Below, piece after piece: positions 1-12,165 of a stretch of 64,000 nt of DNA. Position numbers and translations under genes: made by a program. This DNA comes from Okamejei kenojei (lineage: Eukaryota), in the NCBI GenBank assembly GCA_035221665.1, contig CM069163.1, positions 23,312,001-23,376,000 of the forward strand, read 5' to 3'. The notes beneath the pieces are model-generated. The model had not been told where the DNA came from. It made no database searches and worked only from the letters and a program-made list of their open reading frames with translations. The stretch's first letter is position 1. The number at the start of each line of letters is the position of its first letter.

Positions 1-258
1 GGGAGCAATGAGGTATTTAGAAATAAGGAACTGCAGATGCTGGTTTACAAAGAAAAACATAAAGTACTGGAGTAACTCAGCAGGTCAGGCAGCATCTCTG
101 GAGGGCATGGATAGTGATGTTTTGGGTCGGGACTCCTTTTCCGACTCCCTGCATTTGAGATATATTGGTGGAAACCAGAACACACTGTGGAAACCCAAGC
201 AGTCACAGAGAGATTATACAAACTCCACCAGCAGTCAGGATCTAACCCGGGTCTCTGG

Positions 259-800
259 ACCACACCTGGAGTATTGTGTGCAGTTTTGGTCCCCTAATTT
301 GAGGAAGGACATTCTTGCTATTGAGGGAGTGCAGCGTAGGTTTACAAGGTTAATTCCCGGGAATTATGGAGTAGCTGGGCTTGTACACTCTGGAGTTCAG
401 AAGGATGAGAGGGGATCTCATTGAAACATAGATTGTTAAGGGCTTGGACACACTAGAGGCAGGAAACATGTTCCCGATGTTGGGGGAGTCCAGAACCAGG
501 GGCCACAGTTTAAGAATAAGGAGTAAGCCATTTAGAACGGAGACGAGGAAACACTTTTTCACACAGGGAGTTGTGAGTCTGTGGAATTCGCAGCCTCAGA
601 GGGTGGTGGAGGCAGGTTCTCTGGATGCTTTCAAGAGAGAGCTAGATAAGGCTCTTAAAGATAGCGGAGTCAGGGGATATGGGGAGGCGGCAGGAACTGA
701 TTACTGATTGGGGATAATCAGCCATGATCACATTGAATAGCGGTGCTGGCTCGAAGGGCCGATTGGCCTACTCCTGCACCTATTGTCTATTGTCTGTTGT
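259..800 (+). mobile_element. CR1-clade LINE, 5'-truncated 3' fragment
   Basis: [34 protein letters not shown] and RTRGHSLRIR...FFTQGVVSLWN motifs; ends in an (attgtct)n tail. Confidence 0.92.
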
Positions 801-1690
801 GAGACAATAGACCTTGGGTTTCGGCCCGAAACGTTGCTTATTTCCTTCGCTCCATAGATGCTGCTGCACCCGCTGAGTTTCTCCAACACTTTTGTCTACC
901 TTCGATTTTCCAGCATCTGAAGTTCCTTATTAAACAATATGTTTGATTCCAGACTTGTTCCTCGTTTCAGAGGCAGTTAGGGATGAACAATGATTGCTGG
1001 CAATTCCTATGAACTCCATATCCCATGAATAAATAAATTATAAACTTGTCCATTCTTTTTACATAATTAAATACCCTGACCAGTTTGCCGAGCACAGGAC
1101 GATGGGCTGAATGGCACTCTGCTGTGCTGGAATATTCCTCGATTCATCCACTTCAGTGGGCTGTTTGATCCTTTTGTTCTTGGCCATCAATCTGGATGAG
1201 TGCTTCGTATTGCACTGACTTAACATCCTGTTTTGGTGTGTAAGCTTCCTGCCGCCTTTAATACGTTGGTTTAACTCCCTTCAAACCATTTATTAAACTT
1301 GAGGTGTGTAATAGATTTGGAATTTGCACCTGGCTTGGTTTGCAGGTAACTGAAGTTGGCTTAGTAACTGTGTGTCCAAGGCACGGGAGGGGAAAGGTGT
1401 GTGATTTGCACCATTACTCACAGATGATTAAATGGATTCACTTGTGATCGTTGGTTTCATTTGTTTCTGAGAGGCTGCAGTTATATGGAGAGACCAGACA
1501 AGCTGCGATTGTTCTCCTTGTACAGATGATTAAGGCAGATGTAACAAATGCATTTAAAGTTTTGATAAATGTAGGTAAGAAAAAAAAAATCCTACGGTAG
1601 AAAGAACCAGATTTAAAGTAATCGACATAGGAGAACTTAATTTCAGCAGGAAGGTATGATTTGGAATGCAAGGAATTCAAAGTAACTTTT

Positions 1691-1833
1691 GGGGGAGGAA
1701 GATTGCAACCTTCACATGGTCCGCCCTGTTTCGACGAATGCAATCAACCCGGTGTGCACAATCAAATAAGATCAAATAGAACAAGTTGTCCTACAACTTT
1801 AGGCTGTGCACGCCATATGCAAGAAGAAGAAGA
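1691..1833 (+). mobile_element. Short (GAA)n-tailed retroelement, copy 1
   Basis: ~140 bp, homologous to 25687-25820 and 43911-44046. Has a (gaa)4 tail and TSD aaagtaacttttg (1679-1691 / 1833-1845). Confidence 0.85.
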
Positions 1834-2319
1834 AAGTAACTTTTGCAATAAGACTTGATTTTGGAGAAGTGCGGAAATTGCAAACATGTATTGGGCGCAG
1901 GGTATTGGGACCAATTGCACAGAACTTTCAAGACACTCGGCCGAAGACTGGTGACGCAGGCTGGTGTTGTGGTTTCTGAAAACATCATAGATTTTTTTTT
2001 TAAATTAAAAATGCTTTCCCACCATCTGTCCATGCGACAAACTGCCTGTTGATGTACCTGTACACCCCACAGTGCATGATGGTGGGGGAGGGCAGGTGAG
2101 CACACTGTTTTTGGTAACTGGTGCACCTGTGCACATTTTTTATGTTTAATGCTATTTAAAGTTCTTGAGTTTCCCTGGCTCATTTGGGGATGGCAGAATA
2201 ATGATTCAATTCTTGTTCTGTGCCAGGTTTGCTTTCTATCGGAAACTGCAATTAGTTATGAAGATGAAACGTGCAAAACTTAAAAGAGATGCGTGGAACA
2301 GTTTTTTTTACACAGAGTC

Positions 2320-3770
2320 CGAGTTATATAACATGGAAACAGGCCCTTTGGCCCAACCTGCTTATGCCGACCAAGATGCCCCATCCACACTAGTCCCCCC
2401 TGCCTCTATTTAGCACATATGCCTTATATTCATGTACCTGTTCAAATGCCTTTAAAATGTTGTTATAGTACCTGCCTCGACTACCTCCTCTGCCAGCTTG
2501 TTCCATATACCCCACCACCCTCTATGTGAAATAGTTTCCGTCAGGTTCCTATTAACTCTTTCCCTTCACGCCATAAACCTGAGCTCTCTGGTTCATGATT
2601 CCCCTACTCTGGGTAAAAGCACTGTATAATTAACTTTTCTAAAACCTTCATAATCTTATACACCTCTGTAAGATCCTCCATTCTTTTTCTGCACTGCAAG
2701 GAATACAGTCCTAGCCTGCCCTTCCACCTCCTGTACCTCAAGTCCTGACAACATCCTCGTAAATCTTCTTTGCACTCTTTCCAGCTTAACGGCATCCTTT
2801 CTATGACCAAAACTGGACACAATATTTCCAAATGCGGCCTCACGTCTTGTACAACTTTAACATAACATTTCAACTTCTAATCTCAATTCCTTTACTGATG
2901 AAGGCCAATATACTGAAAACCATATCTACCTGTGACACCAGTTTCACCACTCCTAGATCCCTCTGCTCGACAACTCTCCCCAGAGCCCTGCCAGTAACTG
3001 CGAAGGTCCTGCTCTAGTTTTACTTCCCAAAGTGTAGCACCTCACACTTATCTGCATTAAACTCTATTAACCATTGCTCAGCCCATTTGTGCAACTGATC
3101 AAGACCCTGCTGTTATTTTTGATAATCATCGTTATCTACGATACCAAACATTTACATGTCATCTACAAACTTACTAATCATGCTTCCTCAGCCAAATCAT
3201 GATATAAATCACAAACAGCACCGATGCCCGAGGCAAACCGCTAGTCATAGGCCTCCAGAACTGAAGAAAACCTTCCACAATTAGGCTTTGCTTTCTTCCA
3301 TGAAGCCAATTCTCTATCCAGTTGGCAGGCCCTCCCTGGATCCCATGTGATCTAACCTTCCAGAGCAGCCTACCATGAGGAACCTTATCAAATACCTGTG
3401 TTCAAGAAGGAACTGCAGATGCTGGAAAATCAAAGGTAAACAAAATTGCTGGAGAAACTCAGCTGGTGCGGCAGCATCTATGGAGCAAAGGAAATAGGCA
3501 ACGTTTCGGGCTGAAATGTTGTCTATTTCCTTCGCTCCATAGATGCTGCCGCACCTGCTGAGTTTCTCCAGCAATTTTGTCTACCTTATCAAATACCTTG
3601 CAGAAGTCCATATAGACAACGTCTTTGCCCTAAGCATCCCTTTTGATTCCTACTTAAAAAAACTCAGATTCGTAAGACACAATCTCCCATGGTCAAAACC
3701 ATGCTGACTATCACTCATTAGCCCATTTATGCAAATGCATATATATCTTATCCCTTAGAATCCCCTCCAA
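2320..3770 (-). mobile_element. Older CR1-clade LINE fragment, interrupted by a Penelope-derived insert
   Basis: Degenerate VRPHLE...RLGLYSLQ...DLTEVYKIM motif (2604-2873). CR1-type 3' UTR near 2320-2560 and RT remnants up to ~3770. Confidence 0.8.
3398..3588. mobile_element. Palindromic Penelope-derived short element with 16-bp flanking duplication
   Basis: Inverted arms meet at ...gcaacgtttcgggctgaaatgttg... The sequence accttatcaaatacct is repeated at 3382-3397 and 3583-3598. Confidence 0.8.
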
Positions 3771-4829
3771 TAGTGGGTGCCTGGAACGTGCTTCCAGGGA
3801 TGATGATGGAGACTGACACGACAGGAGCATTTAAGAGGCTTTTAAATGGGCACATGGATATACAGGGATATAAATCACGTGTAGGCAGAGGAGGTTGTTT
3901 TAATTGGCATCATGATAGACACAGAAATTGTGGGCCGAAGGGCCTGCTCGTGCTTTACTGTTCTGTGTTCTTTGTACTGCAATAGATGATAACAGATTGT
4001 GGTGTCGTGGATTTTGAGGAGGTGAAATTTAGGCAAACAACAACAAAAAAAAATTGCCAAATTGAATGTCGCTGAGCTCACAAATTTCTACTGCAGTCAG
4101 ACAAAGTATTAAGAGATGGTCTGGTTGAATATTTATTAACTGACACATCAAATTTGACTTTTAATAGAAACGTAGAAAGATAGGTGCAGGAGTAGGCCAT
4201 TGATCCAGCACCGCCATTCAATATATTCAAGGCTGATCATCCAAAATCAGTACCCCTTACCTGCTTTCTCCCTATATCCCTTGATCCAGTTAGCCCTGAG
4301 AGTATATCCAACGCTCTCTTGGATACGTCATTGAATACAATACTAAACCATGAGAGGCAGGGTGAAATGCAGAATATGGAGGCAAATATCAGAAGTTATA
4401 AACAGTTGGGTACTGGCATAGATACTATGAAATGCTGCAGTTGCTTCAGCACAATGTTTATAGAATTGACAGCGTGGTCTGCATCAGTATTCTGTAGAAC
4501 TTGTGACTGTCTGCCCTTCCTATTTTACTCTCAGTGTAACTAATTACTTTCTTGCTTCTGGGTTTATCTAATTTGTGGTGTAATACATCTCTGCTGTTCA
4601 CTTGAAAACTTTTAAGTATCAAGCACTGTCTTGTCCCTCTCTGAGTAGCTTCTTCTCAGTACCTTATTAGCAATACTAGTGTTAACCTTGTATTTGTGAC
4701 TTGTAGTTTTGATATTTCTAATGTGAGAACAATATTTCTTCGTCTCCCCCTGAACCTCTTCATATTTTTAAAGACAAAAAGTAACCCCTCAGCAGTTGCT
4801 TTTTCAATGAAAGGAACCTTAACCTGCTT

Positions 4830-5062
4830 ATAGACACAAATGCTGGAGTAACTCAGCAGGCCAGGCAGCATCTCGAGAGAAAAGGAATAATTGACATTTC
4901 GGGTCAAAAACCCTTCTTCAGACTGAAGAAGACTGAGTCTGTAGAAGGGTTCGACCTGAAACGTAAACGATTCCTTTTCTTCGGGGATGCTGCCTGACTC
5001 GCTGAGTTACTCTAGCATTGTGTGTCTATCTTCGATGTGAATCAGCATCTGCAGTTCCAGCT
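4830..5062. mobile_element. Inverted pair of Penelope-derived terminal repeats (MITE-like)
   Basis: gctggagtaactcagc...cccttcttcagactga followed by its degenerate reverse complement. Confidence 0.8.
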
Positions 5063-5198
5063 TACACCCCCACTAGTTAGTTCTTTCCTGATTGATCCAT
5101 ACAGAGGAGAAAATGCAAAAATCCATTGACCAGTTTGCTGAGCACTCACATAAGTATCATTGATAATGCCACAATCTGTCCTGTGTTTTCTCCTCCAG

Positions 5199-5306
5199 AT
5201 GAAGACCGGCCCATTTGCAGAACACTCCAACCAGCTGTGGAATATCAGTGCAGTCCCTGCATGGTCTAAAGTTAACCAAGGACTGATTCGAATGTACAAA
5301 GCAGAC
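5199..5306 (+). CDS. PTPA: PTPA (PPP2R4, PP2A phosphatase activator), penultimate coding exon
   Basis: 108-bp phase-0 exon between a polypyrimidine acceptor (ttttctcctccag) and a donor (GAC|gtgagt). Translates MKTGPFAEHSNQLWNISAVPAWSKVNQGLIRMYKAD, essentially the conserved PTPA C-terminal region. Earlier exons were not found and presumably lie left of the window. Confidence 0.96.
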
Positions 5307-6624
5307 GTGAGTGCAACTGAGGCGTTAACACTGGCCGGTGCAATAGTTCCTCAGTGAAATTGTTTGCCCCAATTAAGGATTTTATTTGTGGATTAGTCCT
5401 ATCTTTTTCCATAACTATTTTAAACCTGAAAAAAATATTGTCACTAGTCCCAAAGTGCTTCCTTACTGACATTTCAGCCACTTGCCCAGCCTCACTTCCA
5501 GAGAGGTGGACAGTTTGGAAATAAGAGCAGTTACATAAATGCAAATCTTTCCTTTTTACGGTTATTTTGTTTTTCACCTTTTCAGAAGGGAAAAGGGAAC
5601 TTTCTGCACTCTTGTAGGAAGGCTAGTTTCAAAATTGGATGGGAATGAAGAACAGATAGATTATCCAGATTCCTGAACAGAATTTTTTTTGGATGGGGGT
5701 GGGTTTCAGAGACCATTGAGTCTGTGAGCACTCTCTGTAATTTTAAATCTGCCGCTGATTTATCTCATGTTCTGCGCTTCACTTTGACTGTTTCAGTCCC
5801 CTATGACTTAAAGTTTCGGTTTTAAAAGTAAGTGGGGTGATGTGTGATGTTCCCTGGCAGTTATGGGGGTTTTGGGGGAAACTTGAGCAAACAGCTGATG
5901 TATCAAGAACCACAGATTTGAGCTTGACTCACATTGCACTCCTTGAGCAAACCAATGAAGCTGGTATTTCCCATTTCATGACGTGGCAGTTTGTCACAAA
6001 ATCTAATGGTATATTCTGATTCATAAAATATGCTCTGGAGAATATTAAGTTTAGTGCGGCCTTTTTCAAATATTTGATCACATTGGGCCTGGCACTTTTC
6101 GTTACAAACTGGAGATGCCAAAAGGCAAAATGGTGATACCTCACTGTACAAAATCTAAATCTTGGTCTCCAAATGTGTCAGACATTGAAAACGTAGAACT
6201 TAGCAGGAAAATAAATATAAATAGCAGCCGTAGATTACCAAATTAAATCACTGGTTACAGTAAAAAGAAAAAAATTGCATTTATATTGTGTCTTCACCAG
6301 CTCGGTACATCCAAAAGTGCCAATCAACGGTGTTGTGTGTTTCATAAGTTGAAACTTAAGCCAATTTGCATAACGTTGGCTCATGATGGCCAAGTCACAA
6401 AGGGTCTGGTAAAGGGTCTCGACCCGAAACATCAGCTATCCATGTTCTCCTAAGATACTGGCTGACCTGATTTACTCCAGCACTTTGTCTCCTTTGGTGT
6501 AGAAACCTGTTTGTTTTTGAAACACTAACATGGGATAATCTACTATGATGCCTTGTATTTACATACCAACTTCTAATGTTACTAAGGATTCCAAAGGAGT
6601 TCACATAAGCATTATTAAACAAAA

Positions 6625-6910
6625 TGGGTAGCACAGTTCTGGTGCTGTCTGTGGCATTTTCACATTCTTCCTGTGACTGTGTGGGTTTCCTCCTGGTTCC
6701 TCGGTTTCCTCCCAGATCCCAAAAATATTTGGGTTGGTAGGTAATCGACCAGAGTAAATCATGCCTATTGTGGTAGAAATTGGGGAGGTTGTTTTTGGGA
6801 AAGTGGGGAAAATAAAATGGGCTAGGATAGGATTATGTAAAAATGTGCTGGTTGGTGCAGACCTAAGGGGCTGAAGGGCCTTTCTATGTGGCTGTCTATG
6901 ACTCTGCATC
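6625..6910 (+). mobile_element. HE1/V-SINE-like element (degenerate)
   Basis: V-domain-like gtgactgtgtgggtttcctcctggttcctcggtttcctcc and a CR1-like tail. Confidence 0.65.
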
Positions 6911-9566
6911 TAAAATTTGATACAGAGCCACAGATTTTAATATAAAGGTATTGCTTAATCAGGAACCAATAGAGTGAAGAGTGAATGGGATGTTGTGAGA
7001 TAGAATAAGGGCAGCAGCGGTTTGGATCACCAAGTTTTGTGGGAGTAGATGTGGGCACAGTTTAATGAACCCTCTGAAGTATGACCGTTCTTCATTTCCG
7101 CAATACTGCGCTGAACGAGACAATCCAGTCCACAATGGGACAGGTTTATGAACTTGAGTCTTTCTGACAAAGGGAGATTTGCTACCACTGAGCATGGTTG
7201 ACAAGTTGACATATTGACATCCTTTTATTTGTTAACTGACGTCATGTATTTGTGTGGTGGGTGGGTAGAAAGGGGTAGAGCTGAAGGGAAAAAGCTGTTC
7301 CTGCATTTTCTCCCATCCTGATGCAATTTTCTTTTGCTTTCTATGATGCCGCTCTCTAGACTTTGCTCAAACTGTTGGCAACACCATTAGGACTGCCCAC
7401 GTCTAAACACTCAAAATCATGCATAACCTTTACTGAACCTTGTGGGTGCTGACTGTTTGATAGTTGTGGGAAAGCCAGACTTGATGTTCTCACCCAGTGC
7501 CCGCTTTACACATAAACATTTAAAGACTTTAATGAGGAAGAACAGTGCTCATCACAAATGTTTAGTGTCCCATAAAGGTTCTTCATGTTGTACTTTTCAT
7601 TACTAAAAAAAGACACGGCTGACTTTCCCTGTTGATGAGGCTGAGAGAAGGTCATCTTCTGTTGAAGAGGAGGGGGACAAAGAAGGAAGTGCCTAATATT
7701 CATGAACAGCTGTGAAAGGGACAATGGAAATCAGATCAGGCACCTCCGTGAGAAGTAATCTACTAAATTGCGATGTTTGGTGCTGAGAATGGGCTTCAGG
7801 CTCAGACTTGAACAGCATATAATGGGGCAGGCCAGATGATAACATGGCAAACTCAGTCCCTGGATGATGGGGTAGGGCTGGTCATCATGTTAAGGGCTGG
7901 AATTATAAATTTGGACAGGGAGAAAGCTTCAACAAGCAAGGGTTTGATCTTCCTCATCAAAAGGACTGTCTCTTTAAGATATTGGTGCAGGAGGAAGTAT
8001 TGAAGGCAGCTGGCACGGGTCAGGCATCCTTCCTGAAACACAGTCCTTTAGCCAGAGGAAGCTGAGCTAAATGTTACTTGAGGCAAAACCATACACAAAA
8101 GACAGCCTGTTACTGAGTCTACCAATTGACGGACAGGAAGTGAAGCATGTGATCTTTTGCATTCTGCACTACCTCATTCCCTCTCCCTTTGCTACCAGAG
8201 TGTTTTACGTTTGCTTATAAATTGAGCAGCATGCTTTGCTTTTTAATTCATACGGTTTTAATATAAACTTACCAAGAATTTTCAGCACAGAAACTAGTCA
8301 TTCAGCTTTCTTGCTTGTGTGGTATTAACGTGTTACGTGAGCCACTTCCCATCCCACTACCTCACAGTATCAATACGTCTGTTTATTTGTTTCTTTTTCA
8401 AGTGTTTATCTAACTTTGATTAAATGCATCTATCTTATTCCAAGGCAGCATCAGTTACCACATCTAACCACTCTGGGCACTATTGGTAACTATGTTATAT
8501 TCTACCTTACTGCTTCGCAAATTGTCTTCTCTCTCGCTCCCTTATCAAACACTCCTATAATGTTAGACCTCGAACAAGTTATCCCCTCAGATTTTGTTTT
8601 ATGAGAGAAAAGATCTCCATCAGTTTTAATCTTTGCTGACGGTGAATGGAGGCCTTTGCTCAGGAGTGGTGCTCAATTCATGGAGTGAATGGAGGCCTTT
8701 GCTCAGGAGTGATGAATTCAAGTCCTACTCCAGACACATAAACACAAACACTAGGCCAACATTCTTGTGCAATATGTATGTTTTTAAATTGGTAATTTGG
8801 CTATTTGCTGCTGAAAGAAAACGATTAGAAAATCATGCCACAGACTTGATTTAACTGAAGCCTTCCTTTGGCTGATATTTTTTCTTGCCTGGGTACAGCT
8901 CCCACCAACTTAAATACCCTCCTCCAGCAGTTACTCTGTGTGTGTGTGTGTGTGTTGGAGTACACTGTATGTATTGGCAGGCAGTTCATTATGAGAGGCA
9001 TCTCGGCTGAGCATCAGAGTGAATTTTTTAATTTATTTTTTGTTGCATTTTATTTCCACACCCTGGCCTAAGGGCATTGGAGCTAATGCCTGGTGCAACG
9101 CTTGCAATGGTAAATTAACTTTGTGCAGATCAAGAATCAAATATTCATGACAGAAGGCGGTCGTTTTGCTTGTCACGCCTCTGCTGGAACTTTGAAAGAG
9201 CAACTCTGTTAGTCCATTTTACCCTGCTTTTTCCAGAAACCTTATACATTTCCCACTTGAGGTATATATCCAACCCTTATTTGGAAATGACTCAATCTGT
9301 AACCACTGCCTTTCAGGCAACACATTGTAGATCGTAACCAGATGCTGGGTATTAGCATTTGTGTTTCGTCTGGTTGCAGATCCCCCCACTGTTGGGAAAT
9401 AGATTAGCCCTATTTACCCCTCACAGTTTTGAATATTGTCTATAAAATAAGTTTTACTGAGATCTTTGTCGATGATTTGGAGTACGTGGACCTGTTTGCA
9501 TGCCATCACAAGCTATTGATCCAGAGTTGTAGCAGAATCTTGCCTTTCTAAATTACATCTCTCCCC

Positions 9567-9567
<1 letters not shown>

Positions 9568-9600
<33 letters not shown>
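9568..9600. repeat. poly(C) tract, 33 bp
   Basis: Direct observation; lies in the last PTPA intron. Confidence 0.95.
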
Positions 9601-11435
9601 AGATTCTGGATTGGATGCTACAGAGAATCTTCTGTACCCATCGCGTCCTGTACCTGCCTTGAGAGCATTTGAAGGGGAAGTGTAGAAGCTTCACTGTGTA
9701 TGTAATCTTGGTTCAATGGGACAGTGCAGATGGAACTTTGCACCTGGTTTGGGAGACTTCACTCTTACCATTGCATTCATAATGGGCTCAAACATCAAAT
9801 TACCATGCCAAAATATTTTTTCCCCAGTGTATTTTGCTGAACCATTCGTGTTTCTTTGGACAGCTCTGTGCTTTGAGCTCGAGGTGACATCAGTTTAAAA
9901 TACTGTTTGCTGTTAGTTGACTTTCAGCTTCTGGTACATTTCTACAGAATGTAGGCAAGGCACCAAACTACCAAGACCTCTGACTGATCCTCATCATTCC
10001 AGCCCTCTCACTGACTCCTAAACCAATTTCCCCCACATCACCAATCTCTGAAGTCTATTTGTGAAAAGATCTAAAAGTTACATTTAAAAACAAAATGCTG
10101 GAGGAACCCATTAGGCTTCTCCAGTACTTTTTTTTTTTTGCTAGAAATTCCAGCATCTGCAGTTTCTTGTGCCTCTAAAAGTTAAACTAATTTATTCACC
10201 CAATGATCACGGCAGCCGTTGGCCATTTATTTCTCAGTATGTTACAAAGTGCGGCTGGAACCGTAACTGCACTCATTTTGTCTGACTCAGAGTTCAGAGG
10301 TAAGTCTCAATAATGTCTGAACAGTCATTACCTGATCATCATTGTCAAGGACTGATTCCAGGCACCCAGACTCTTTGAATTACTAGTTATGGGGAGGACT
10401 AGATATTTAGTTTACAAATTCCTGTGCAAGAAAGGAATGCAACAGTGTGATGAAAATTCAGAGGGAAGAATGCTTGCTTTGCCAGTAATACCAGACGCCA
10501 AGATTTAATATTATTTAAAAATGTTTGGCATATTGTCCTTTAAAATATTTATTTTCCTATCATCATGGAAGACTGATCAGATCATCTATTGTTTCTGACT
10601 TCCCCAGCCAGAGAAAATAGTTCCACTGTACCTCCACCCTACACCTGAACAGCCTGAGGGACCTTCCTCCCAGATCAGAGTCCCGACCAGCCCGCTTTTG
10701 ACACTGCCTTTCATCGCTTTGCTGAACCTGTTCTCATAGTGAAAAGCTTCTCATTTAACTATACACACCTCCTCCATATCAAATGTGCAGCTTTCAGAAC
10801 CTGTACAGGTCCAAACAACACTTGTTTCTTTCTGGGTTACATTGGAACATTACATGTTGCCCTATTTGGTACACAGAATGACTTCCTATTCTCTTAAAGG
10901 TTTGATGCCCTTTCTTGTCAGTTTCATATGGTCCATCTCTGACTTTCATTTCTCGACCTCTTCATTTCCATTGCAGGGCATAGGCTAGCAACTAGTATCT
11001 AACATCAGCTCATTATACTCCACAGCTACTGTTCCTATATTGCTTCCCATTCTGCCTCCTGTTATCACCTTTCCCTTCTCGCTGTTACCTGAATTCTATG
11101 CATCTGTTCGAAAGATGCCAGTTTTCACACTGGTGCTTCAGAGATGTATTTTTTTCCCTCAGCTACACCCTTCATCTCTGCCCTTCTTGCTCCTAGATCT
11201 GTTACTTCCATTTTGCACACTTATGCCCTCACGTCCTCTTCTGTGACCCAGAACAGGGGGTTTCCCTTGTCTCTGCCTTCCACAGTTGCGCCCATATTCA
11301 ACTAATCATTCTCCAGTTTCCAACACCTTTGATACAATAACAACTTCAGACACAACTTTCCTTCCAGCAACCAGTAGGGACTGTTCAAGCTGAAGGTGAA
11401 GCAGTGATAAAAGGTCACTGACCTGAAATAATAAC

Positions 11436-11690
11436 TGAAGGTAGACAAAAATGCTGGAGAAACTCAGTGGGTGAGGCAGCATCTATGATGCGAAGGAATA
11501 GGTGACGTTTCAGGTCGAGACCCTTCTTCAGGCTGATGTGAGGGTGGGGGTGGGGGGGTGGGATGAAGAAGGGAAGAGGTGGAGACAGTGGGCTGTGGGA
11601 GAGCTGGGAAGGAGGGAGAAAGCAAGGACTACCTGAAATGAGAAGTCAATGTTCATACCGCTGGGGTATAAACTACCCAAATGAAATAAT
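11436..11690 (-). mobile_element. Penelope-like element 3' fragment (GIY-YIG tail plus terminal repeat)
   Basis: QLLFHLGSLYPSGMNIDFS motif, followed on the - strand by CTGAAGAAGGGTCTCGACCTGAAACGTC (11504-11531) and the common terminal repeat. Confidence 0.8.
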
Positions 11691-12090
11691 AACTGCTTCA
11701 CTCTCCCCAGTAGTGGTCTGACTTTGCAAAATATTTCCAGCATGTTGTATTTCCTTAAACCTCAACATTTGCTGTATTGTGCTTAAAGAAAAGCAATGTA
11801 CAGATGTTAAAGAATAGATGGAACATCAGCAAAGACTCGGGGTTATATAGCAGTTTAAGTAAATTGACCAAATGTACTTCACGGGTCCCAATTGGGCAAA
11901 AAAATTAACACAGAGCCATAGATGATAATTGGAGAGATGACCAAAAGCTGTGATGACAAGTTTTAAGTCCATCCTGTTCTACCAAAATGGACAGAATAGA
12001 GAATGGACAACTATCTCTCGCTGCAAATTCAGTTACATGTGAGGGTTTTCCCTTTATGTTCCTCTAATGTTCCTCTAATTTCTTTTTCAG

Positions 12091-12165
12091 TGCCTTGAAA
12101 AATTCCCAGTCATCCAGCATTTCAAATTTGGCAGCTTGCTCACCATCAACGCAGAAGGGTCATGA
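12091..12165 (+). CDS. PTPA: PTPA last coding exon
   Basis: Acceptor tttctttttcag, then CLEKFPVIQHFKFGSLLTINAEGS*. In frame with the 5199-5306 exon and matches the PTPA C-terminus (CLEKFPVIQHFKFGSLL). Not in the ORF track because it is short. Confidence 0.96.
   Translation, partial: CLEKFPVIQHFKFGSLLTINAEGS

Noticed and set aside
1526-1574. Possible small PTPA exon (tacag...GTAG|gtaaga)
   Set aside because: No similarity to PTPA in any frame; resembles a decayed CR1 RLRGDLIEVFK segment.
5160-5357. Stand-alone 65-aa ORF
   Set aside because: Only 5199-5306 is coding (the PTPA exon); the flanks are intron read-through.
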